From a virus (lineage: Duplodnaviria > Caudoviricetes), in IMG/VR virus record IMGVR_UViG_3300014204_000111, positions 64,001 through 128,000 of that record: a DNA stretch of 64,000 bases; one strand, written 5' to 3'. Below, piece after piece: positions 55,469-64,000 of the stretch. A program made the position numbers and the translations under genes. Numbering within the stretch: the stretch's first letter is position 1; each line of letters opens with the position of its first letter. The notes under the pieces are model-generated. The model searched no databases. It saw only the letters and a list, made by a program, of their open reading frames with translations, and had not been told where the DNA came from.

Positions 55469-56039
55469 GGGAAAAGCTAGGTCTTTTATATATTTAAAAA
55501 TCAATCTCAAACAATCTACATATCCCCACAACTTAACCAATATCTAACAAAGTGTTTTACAAGACTACAAAACCTCATAAAAGACCCACATTTAAAGATA
55601 AAGAGCTTAAATTCTAAGTAACCTGTTTGAAATCTTGTCCTTCGGGTATAATATAGCAGCGGGGAAGGGAGCGAGAGGAAAGCTGCTCTATGACCTCTCT
55701 TTCCTGATACCAATAGGAGTGCAATATATGTTGATGAAGTTGTCAAGTTGTTGTTGGGCAGAAGTCTTTGATGAAGATAAAGAGCCTGAATGTTCAAGTT
55801 GTGGCAAAAAGTGTCAAATTATTGAACATGATGTGCCTTTAGCTAAAGATGAAGATTCTTAATCAGGATTTAACCCAATTTTTATTGACATAAACACCAG
55901 CATATGATAATGAGACTGCCTCCCAGAAAGACACGCTTGCCCCAGGTGAGTTAAAAAGGTTTAATTAGTATTTAACCACACAACTGTTTTAAACTCTCTT
56001 CACCGGGTATAATTAAGCATCAGAACGAAGGAGCAAGAA

Positions 56040-56567
56040 ATGAGTAACACAGTGGTCTTGAAATGGGATAGTGATTATAACTCATCAATGGACATTAACA
56101 GCCACTTTCTCGACTTGTGGAATCGTGAAGAGAAGAAATTCGAGACTAAATGGTATGGCGATACCTACAACTTCGATTATAAGTGGATTGATGAAGCTGG
56201 TGGCTGGGCTTCTGAAGAGGATAAGGAAGAGGCTTTCCAGGCTGTCATTAAGCGTGACTTGGAAGGTTGGATGCGTGACCAGCGTATCAAAGATGAAGAG
56301 AAAGAAATGGGCGATGATTGCACTGTGGTTCGCGGAAAGAAAGTTCCGCAGGGAACCAAGGGACGCATCTTCTGGATGAAGGAAGTGCCTAAGTATCATT
56401 CCTATGGGCGTGACTTTGAATGGCGCGCAGGCATTAAAGACCAGTATGGTGATGTTCACTGGCTGCCCCTGTGCTACTTGATGAAGGACACAGTGGAATA
56501 CACTCCGCAAGAGGATGTCATTGCAGAGCATAAGGCTTACTACATGAGGAAGTGGAGCCACAAGTAA
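56040..56567 (+). CDS. Hypothetical early protein (GC-richer), SH3-like C-terminus
   Basis: VVRGKKVPQGTKGRIFW; promoter at 56005, terminator at 56586. Confidence 0.75.
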   Translation: MSNTVVLKWDSDYNSSMDINSHFLDLWNREEKKFETKWYGDTYNFDYKWIDEAGGWASEEDKEEAFQAVIKRDLEGWMRDQRIKDEEKEMGDDCTVVRGKKVPQGTKGRIFWMKEVPKYHSYGRDFEWRAGIKDQYGDVHWLPLCYLMKDTVEYTPQEDVIAEHKAYYMRKWSHK

Positions 56568-56585
56568 GATACGATGGAGAATATG

Positions 56586-56612
56586 GCCTGGGGAAACCCA
56601 GGCTCTTTTTTT
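56586..56612 (+). terminator. Rho-independent terminator
   Basis: GCCTGGG-GAAA-CCCAGGC plus T tract; near-identical hairpin at 59466. Confidence 0.88.
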
Positions 56613-56734
56613 TAACTAAAATTTGGCTTGACACCAAGGGCTTCATATGATAATGAGCTGAGCATAGGACATAAGAGTGTTTAACCAGATTTTCACTCAG
56701 AAAGTGTTTGAAAGCCTCTTCACCGGGTATAATA

Positions 56735-56816
56735 AGATACCCTAGAGACTTGGGTGCGAATCCCAACTGCCCGTCGCAGGGTACATCGTCTAAGAGTAGG
56801 ATACTAGGCTGTATTT
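56735..56816 (+). ncRNA. Circularly permuted tRNA-like RNA
   Basis: CCTAG/CTAGG, AGAC, TTGGG-TGCGAAT-CCCAA, TGCCC/GGGTA closed acceptor, TC-GTCT..GGAT D arm. Confidence 0.85.
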
Positions 56817-56832
56817 TTGTTAGGAGTTTACA

Positions 56833-57129
56833 ATGAACATTCAAGACTTGATTAATGCCCCTAGGATTGTCGTTCGTAACAGCAGAGGCCAGCTTGTTGG
56901 TGGGATGCCATCTTACAAGGTTCACGAACCTAACGCGAAGATTAAGAGCGTTCGTCAGTTCTTTGGCTATCTGATGCATTCATCCTGGGGAAAGAACATT
57001 CAGGATGCCACTATGGAAGCCTACAATGCCCAAGGTGAGCTTTTGGCACGTGCTTCTGTGTCCACCACAGGGACGCATCCTAACGGTCATCCTAAGCGTT
57101 CTGTGAAGGTCTCATTCACGAAAGTTTAA
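56833..57129 (+). CDS. Hypothetical early protein
   Basis: AGGAG RBS; follows the permuted tRNA-like RNA. Confidence 0.75.
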   Translation: MNIQDLINAPRIVVRNSRGQLVGGMPSYKVHEPNAKIKSVRQFFGYLMHSSWGKNIQDATMEAYNAQGELLARASVSTTGTHPNGHPKRSVKVSFTKV

Positions 57130-57228
57130 CCAAGAAACCTGTTAGAACCTTGAAAGTTGGGGTATAATTAAGAGTGAGGGAAAGAAAGCTTCCCAAGTTT
57201 GAAAGGCTGCTTTAGCGCCAAAGATTGA

Positions 57229-57301
57229 AAGCGGAAGGTGCGGGTGTAAGGCCCGTGTGTCAGTAACTCTGGCAGTAGACTAAATAATAGGTCAGCCGCT
57301 T
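57229..57301 (+). ncRNA. Circularly permuted tRNA-like RNA
   Basis: AAGCGG/CCGCTT, AAGGT, GCGGG-TGTAAGG-CCCGT, TGTCAG/CTGGCA, TA-GACT..GGTC. Confidence 0.8.
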
Positions 57302-57315
57302 GTTTGAAAGCAAAG

Positions 57316-57401
57316 ACAATCAATAGTTTAGGGGTTAGAACGCCAGACAAGCATGGTCGCACCTGTAGATGGTAGGGCAGCTTCGGACGCTGCTTGATTG
57401 T
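57316..57401 (+). ncRNA. tRNA mimic in normal order, without an anticodon loop
   Basis: ACAATCAA/TTGATTGT, TA-GTTT-AGGGGTTA-GAAC, irregular CCA..TGG arm, GCAGC-TTCGGAC-GCTGC. Confidence 0.75.
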
Positions 57402-57497
57402 TGGATGCTAAAGAAGGATGGTTGGCACTTACCAAAAGTCCGCCGCATTGAAAGGCTGCTAGAAGCGCCGTTTATGAGACTGTCTAATTAACAGTTA

Positions 57498-57582
57498 GCA
57501 AGGAAACGAGAGTGCAATCCTCTCTGCTGATTTAGCAAGTTGCAAATTGCCTTAAGCATCGTCTAGTAGAAGGACGCCTTGT
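57498..57582 (+). ncRNA. Circularly permuted tRNA-like RNA
   Basis: CAAGG/CCTTG, AAAC, GAGAG-TGCAATC-CTCTC, TGCT..AGCA, TC-GTCT-AGTAGAA-GGAC. Confidence 0.85.
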
Positions 57583-58363
57583 GTTTGAAATCTGGTGGAT
57601 TGGGTATAATAAGAGTGAGGCAAGGTTCAGGTGAGTAGCTTGGTAAAACATTGGGAATCAACCATAGATAACCTATCTTAAGTTCTTTTAAAATAGTTGG
57701 TATGTTTTGTTCTCATGATGAAGAGCAAAGAGATACGGATATACAGGAGAAGTTCGACTCTTTTCCTCTTGTTCTTCATCTTTTAACTTGATAACTTATG
57801 AGTCTTATAGCCCTTATAATTGGTGAGTCCTGTTATGTATTAGGGAATTAGAAGTAAGACTCTTTTAACTTGATAATTTCATATAAGAGTCTCGCTAGAC
57901 TTAGACCCGGTGGGTTTAAGGGAAATAATTAGAGATTCTTCAGATTACGGGAAGAGAGGATTGGACTTGTATGGAGCAGCTTAACAGTACCCTAATTACA
58001 GGTTCCCTCTCTTTTCTCTGGTTAAATTGTTTGCAAACCCGTACTAACTGGGATAAGTTAGGATGATAACAACATTACAGTTAAATCTTAAAGTCTCATT
58101 GTTAAAGAGCAAGGAGAAATGATATGCGAACCTTCACCTAATTGGTTCTGAAAGACAAAGATTTTAATACATATAAATATAAATTGAATTGTTCGAGTTA
58201 CCTATGTGAAATTCAGGTGGCCTCTTTCTTAGAACTTGTTGCAGTGGTCTTATCCTAATCTGCTGTTCTAAGGGAGAGGTTTTTGCTATTATTTAACCTA
58301 AAACATGTTTGTTTGCTCTTCATCCGGGTATAATAAGGCATCTAAGAAACAGGGAGCTTGAAA

Positions 58364-58816
58364 ATGACATTCGTGGGAAGCAAGTATAACGAAACTAAGA
58401 ATCTTTCAACCACCGAGATTGCCAAGCTCATTCGTGCTGACATCAAGGCTGCTAAGGCTGATGGTTCAATCCCCAAGTTTTGCAAAGTTTCAGTGAATAC
58501 TGAATACTTCGCCAATGGTTCAAGCATTGACGTTCGTTTGAAGACCTGGGAAGGTGAAATGGTTAACATTGAGTTAGCACGTGAAATCTATCCCAATCGT
58601 CCATGCAACATGAAAGATATCCTTGTGATGAAGCTGGCAAAGACTCTTAGCACTCTCCAGGCTATCCACGACAGCTACAACCAGGACAGCAGCGAATCAA
58701 TGGTGGATTACTTCTGTGTTAACTACTATGGTTATGCTGATTTGGATTCGGAACTGAGCGACAAGATTCATGAGACATTGAAAGCTAACAACATCAAAGG
58801 ATATTATGACCGTTAG
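58364..58816 (+). CDS. Polyvalent-protein-associated (LPD29-like) domain protein, tentative
   Basis: EIAKLIRADIK...SV...Y..GSSIDV...YN.D.S..MVDYF. Confidence 0.6.
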   Translation: MTFVGSKYNETKNLSTTEIAKLIRADIKAAKADGSIPKFCKVSVNTEYFANGSSIDVRLKTWEGEMVNIELAREIYPNRPCNMKDILVMKLAKTLSTLQAIHDSYNQDSSESMVDYFCVNYYGYADLDSELSDKIHETLKANNIKGYYDR

Positions 58817-59002
58817 TGTTTGAAACCTGAGCTAACGGGTATAATAAAGCATCAAAGGAGAGAGATGGCTAAATTCTGTTGTGAGTGTGGAGAAAAGGTT
58901 AATGATTATGAGTGGGATGAAGTATTAGGAGCTTATTTCGGTTATTGCTCCGAGTGTGACGAAGACCATCTTGTACATTGAAATATCTCAGTAAGTCTAC
59001 AT

Positions 59003-59109
59003 CCTTGCGTAGTTGAAAGAGAATAACGGTCTATAATCTCTGACGGGTAATAGATGCATTAAAACCGTGTATATTATAGAACATTGTGGGTGCAAGTCCT
59101 ACCGTAAGG
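59003..59109 (+). ncRNA. tRNA mimic with an elongated anticodon arm and no CCA
   Basis: CCTTGCG/CGTAAGG, TA-GTT..AAC, TCTATAAT/ATTATAGA, GTGGG-TGCAAGT-CCTAC; enclosed by CTCAG/CTGAG. Confidence 0.78.
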
Positions 59110-59850
59110 TCTTAATTTCTAACTGAGAAGTGTTTAAAACTTCGTTACTAGGGTATAATACAATCGAGAGAGAAACTCTCTTTGCTCTTAATCTTGGAGA
59201 AAAAGATGTACGCCACTAAGAACTATAAGACTAAGAAAGAGTTTAAAGCTGCTGTTGCTGAGAAAGATGTCGAAGTCTATCAGCCTAACCAGATGTTTGA
59301 AGTCAAGGCTGGCCCAAAGGTTATCTGTGGCCCTCACGCTCCTGCAATGCATACGTGGTACGCTAATGCTAGGGTTATCGAGAGAGATGGCAGTTTCTAT
59401 GTTGAGAAGGGTAGCAAGGTTGTTTAGGAAGTGACCCACTTGGGTATAATAAGATGAGTGAACCAGCCTGGGAGCAACCCAGGCACTTTTGCATTGAAAT
59501 CATCTTTAAATAAAGAGATAATTCTTCATTATCATATGATTGGCGCTTTGTATATAGATAAGTTGAGATTTTAATTAGATTTAATTATATTCATTAATTC
59601 AATTTTTAAATATTTAACCTATATAAAGGAACCTTCTGGCTGGTAGAGAGTTAAATTTAGAGTATTATATGATATATTATATATGATAAAAGTTTATAGG
59701 GAAATTGGTTCCATAGAAAAAAGACCTAGTGCTCTAGTTCACAAAATTCAAACTATAAAAATTTCTTTTAAAAATAAATCTTCCAAAAAGAAAGTTCACA
59801 AAATTCAAATATAAAAAAGGGACTCCTAAAGAAAAAGGTGGTACAGAAAA

Positions 59851-62636
59851 ATGAATTATATAAGAAATAAGTTTTTAAATAAAATTAGATATAATATTAT
59901 TTGTAAAGCTCTGAAAGTAGATTCCTTAGAAAATATGTTGGTTGAAATAAAAAGGTACATATTTCCTCATAGATTATTGGTCTTAGATAGTATATATAAA
60001 ATATTTGTTGAAAAAGGATTAAGAGGAACTACCATAAAGCAAGATTGGAAATATATGGTTGATATGGTGAGATTAGGGACTCCTAAATAAAAAGGTGGTT
60101 AGAAAATATGTATAACTATATAAGTGATTTATGGAAAGGTAAAAAGAATGGATGTTTGAGAGCCTATTGGAATAAATTAAAATATCACTTGAACAAGAAT
60201 GTTTAACACAATGAAAACAATTAGATTCCATATATATAAATTATTTTATTTGCAAATAGTTCCTTGTAGTAATGTGAGAAAATATAGATATATAGATAGT
60301 CCATATCTTTTTAAACAAAAAATTGGATTAGCTAATGTTTTTAGGATGATAAAAAAAGGAGCTTTAAAATGTCTTTAAATCAATTTCTAAGTTTTATTCG
60401 TATATATTTTGCTAGAAATAATACTTGTTTTGCTCCTAGTTTTATTCCTAATAATACCTTTAAGAATGGTTTTGAAAAAATTTGGCTGGCCTTCCTTTTT
60501 ATATTATGAATCTTAGAGTAACATATAAAAAATGGCTTTATTATAGAGGTAATGTGCAGAACGAAATATATAATAAAGAGACCTGGAATCTTTTTCTTTC
60601 AAAAAATGGTGAAAAGAGGTTTCCATGATATTTATATTAAAAATTATCAGACATCGCTTATATGTACGATATTATAATTATTTAGCAGAAACATTGAGTG
60701 CTCGTGAATTTTTGTCTGATTCTCGTGATTGGACTAATAAAGGAGTTATAAATGTATGGGAACAAATAAGACGACGTTTTATGTAAAGTTTACTGGACTT
60801 ATTAGAAATAGAATCTATTTATGTTTTTATAAGAAAAAGTGTGGATTTATACTTATTGAGGAAAACAAATTCTATCCTTTGAGTACCTGTTGGTCTAAAG
60901 TTATTAAGAAAGTTTCACACAATGATTAAAATGACCCAAATTATTAGATATCAAATATATTTAGTTTATGATAAAAATGTTAAAAAATCCATTGCATTCA
61001 AAAAAGTACCTTATCGTGATATGAATAGTATGGGGTATGATTGGAATAGATTAGGAATAGCAAATATATTTGATAGTTTAAAAACCAATGTACCATGTGA
61101 AAAATATACTAGACTTATTATACATGGATATTAATTTAAAAATTATTGCTTTTACCATCTATAATAAAAGATGGAAAAGTCATTACTATAAATTATACCC
61201 AGATAGTAATATACAACCTTATTCGGAAAAGATTTCTTCTATAAGAAAAAAGGCTGTTGCTAGATGGCATTTAAGTTTGACTCTATGTTGGGAGGAATTG
61301 ACATGCTCTTCATCTTAAAAGTTATTAGGCATCGTTTATATTATAGAGTATGGAGTCCTTACTGGTCAATTACACATAGTGATAATTATTCTACTTCTAT
61401 AAGTTGGAACTGCTGGGTAAATAATGGACTATCACGCTTATTAGGAAAATTAAGATGAAAATATTCAAAATTATTCATTATAGATTCTATCATCTATTAT
61501 ATAGTAGGGGTATTATCAATATAAGAATTAATATAAAAAATTATTCATCTAATAATAGTTTTATTTGGTTCAATATAGGTATATCACGTATTTTACAGCA
61601 GCTAAAAACAGGAAAATTTTACTAATATCATGTCATTAAATCTATTTTTAAATCTGATTCACTTATATATCTCAAGTCATAACGGACACCAAGATACAAA
61701 AGACCATAGCTCTTTATCTTATAAAATAATGGTAATGGCTCAATTAAAAAACAAACATAATCTTATTACTTTCTCTATGGTTGGAACATATAAGATGTCA
61801 TACTTATGGTGGATAGAAAACAGGAAAAGAGATGAAATTTCTAAGAGAAATTAGGAATAAAATTTATTATGCTATTTCACCGGAGCTTGGTTATTTTAAA
61901 ATGTATGTGTCTCTTAAAAATGCCTTTATAGCGTGTAAATGTATATATTTGGGTGAAGAAGGTACTTTGTTGGAAAAATTTTATGACCTATTAAATAAAG
62001 AGAACAATGATTCTTTACGGGAGTGAAATGCAATATCTTCATAAAATTAACACTGAGTTACATAATCTTTATTGTCTTTTATTACATCTTCGCGCGCGTT
62101 TTTACTTTCCTGACAAAAATTTGTCAGAAAAATGGAGTTATATTGTTAAACATGTACAAAAAATTAATGAAGAGTTATAACAAAAATTGTTGTATTAATA
62201 TTTTATTAAGGGTAGATGAGAAAATGAGAAATAACAAATTATGAGAACAAAAAGAAACATAATTGATGTGATATATTGGAATATTGTAAATTTTGTATTT
62301 TCTTATAATTTAGATGGTTATTCAGATTTTCGATGGGGAATGTATCTAAAGAATCGGTGGAATTTTATAAAAAAATATTATAAACATAGGTCTTAAAAGA
62401 TGAATTTTACAACTCGTATTAAAAAAATTATTTATAAATTAAGATATAATACTTTTATGGCCCCCCATGCGGTAAAAGAAATATTATCAGATTGGCATAT
62501 TTTAATACAAAGAGCTAGAAGAGTTAAAGTAATCAAAGCATATGAACGAGCTTCTAAACAAAGATTTATTTGCAGACTTTTTTTTATTCATGTTATAAAG
62601 GTGATGAGAAGACATGCTTTTCTTAAGAGTAATTAA
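59851..62636 (+). CDS. Second tandem array of basic/aromatic microproteins
   Basis: ORFs at 59851, 60625, 60922, 61124, 61303, 61455, 61630, 61832, 62400 with overlapping ends and shared 'LKIIR.R.Y' / 'G...W..L' patches. Confidence 0.6.
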
Positions 62637-62917
62637 ATTTATTATATATAAATATAGCTATAATCAGATATATTATACCAAATTGTTTAATAATCAATTA
62701 AATAAAGCTTTTTATCAGTGTTTATCTTTAGCACTTATAAAAAAGAGGTATCATATAAAAAAGAGGTATTATATTGACAAATAATTTATTTTATAAAATT
62801 CATTATATATTATGGTTATTTACTGTACAACATCGTCCTAATGCCAGAATAAGAGGATTTTTTGATAGAAAATTGAGTAGTAGGTTTGACATCTTAACGG
62901 GTAAACTAAAGTAAGAC

Positions 62918-63214
62918 ATGTTCAAGATAATTTGCATTTTGGCTATACTACTTTTAATGTCTTGTACGCAAGAACCAACTTCTAATATTATTATAGAAGA
63001 TATTAGAGGGAAAGTAGAATTAAGTAGGAATGGATTTCCAATAGAATTTGTCGCCCCATTTTCTCTTCAATCGGGGGATGTTTTGACTGTTTTTGAAAAG
63101 AGTAAGGCTAAAATTAAAATAGAAAGAAATAACATTATACTAAAAGAAAGGACAGTTTTAACTATTAATGGAGGAGAAGTCGAAATTTCGGCACTTGCTG
63201 TTGTTAGAGGTTAA
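62918..63214 (+). CDS. Small lipoprotein with a FecR N-terminal-like region
   Basis: Lipobox LMSC; 'GKVEL.RNG...LQSGDVLTV..KSKAKI'. Confidence 0.6.
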   Translation: MFKIICILAILLLMSCTQEPTSNIIIEDIRGKVELSRNGFPIEFVAPFSLQSGDVLTVFEKSKAKIKIERNNIILKERTVLTINGGEVEISALAVVRG

Positions 63215-64000
63215 AGTGACTCATAAACCATTTAGATGTTTTTTGGCATATATACAAGCAGGTATAAATATGAAATATTTTTGTGTGAAATTTATTTATA
63301 ATATAGATGACACAGAAGGATGGGATTTAACTGATAAATGGGCTTTAATCGCTAGATAAATATATGTTTGGTTTAAGGTAAATAGGTCTAGTTGGTTGAT
63401 GATGCATTATTATATATAAACAAATGATAGCAATTATAACACAAACAATACAAACAATTTTTAACCCAAATATTATCTGCATATCTTATAATTACCCAAT
63501 TTGCAGTTGTCAGGTGCGTATTTGGGGCGAGAAATGGGTATAATATAGTATCCTCGGAGAAGGCTGGGCAATTTCACATTGCCCAGCCATGTGTGGTATT
63601 TTAAAGGAGATTATGTGTGAATGATTAAAAATGAAATAAGACTCTTTCCATGTATTCGTTGGATTAAAATGCATACACGTAGACAAGATATTATTGATGG
63701 AATTGAAGGCAAATATATTCCTACTAATGAAGATATAGATGTTTCTTATGCTTTTTTTGTTTATTCAGTCTTTAAAAAAGAAGGTTGTTTTGTAGAAATA
63801 AAGAAAAGAAAAAAGGGCGAAATTGGTAAGTATATTAGGATTGCTAAATTTTATCTTTCTCAATTAGATATTAAACAAGCAAGAGAATGTTTAAATGATA
63901 AAATTCTTGATTATCAGACAGGTATATTAGCGCTTCCTAATTTAAGTGTTTTTACCAAATATCTTTTAAATAATATGAAAAATCAGGATTTAGAGGTTTA

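Larger units (their letters stand above)
1720..63544 (+). promoter_or_regulatory. Dispersed family of ~45 phage promoters, consensus TGTTT(R)-spacer-GGGTATAAT, often preceded by TTAACCTAAA and containing GCTCTTCA
   Basis: -10 boxes (GGG start) at e.g. 1741, 8087, 14070, 18345, 21091, 23712, 26613, 30042, 30832, 34391, 36919, 39068, 39184, 39864, 40024, 42621, 44299, 44556, 45808, 48366, 50448, 53720, 56005, 56725, 57160, 57602, 58326, 59151; densest at 43-59.5 kb. Confidence 0.9.

Noticed and set aside
43463-59439. Minus-strand ORFs in the early region (e.g. 43916-44494, 53702-54199, 56085-56561, 56518-56979, 57168-57362)
   Set aside because: Antisense shadows of promoter- and RBS-supported + strand genes or RNAs, with no motifs.
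13100-62800. Stop-codon recoding as the cause of the many short ORFs
   Set aside because: Long enzymes are intact in code 11, all three stop codons terminate genes, and the short ORFs overlap in different frames with their own conserved ends.
1-64000. CRISPR array
   Set aside because: No run of equal-length repeats with regular spacers; the recurring repeats are promoters or short RNA linkers.

Overview
AT-rich segment of a large (jumbo-type) bacteriophage genome, read in the standard genetic code and almost entirely on the + strand. It covers the tRNA region and the early, promoter-dense accessory region. It holds about 28 tRNA or pseudo-tRNA genes with anticodons for all 20 amino acids, one of them (Leu-UAA) carrying a 198-nt group I intron. 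It has about 45 copies of a TGTTT-N15/16-GGGTATAAT promoter and six free-standing HNH endonucleases. Recognisable auxiliary genes are PncA+PncB, a minimal ATP-dependent DNA ligase, an Rnl2-type RNA ligase, an RlmN-like radical SAM enzyme, peptide deformylase, an ECF-like sigma factor, a nucleotidyltransferase and a metallophosphoesterase, among many small unknown ORFs. The most striking unexplained content is non-coding. At least seven circularly permuted tRNA-like RNAs (T arm, closed acceptor hairpin, D arm, open anticodon stem) and several anticodon-less tRNA mimics are present, most directly behind an early promoter. There is also a 117-nt double-headed G3:U70 tmRNA-like RNA, a ~1-kb pseudoknotted RNA and a modular hairpin array at 57.2-58.3 kb. 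Together they suggest a phage tRNA-mimic or RNA-decoy system. All structures were read by eye and no database search was run.
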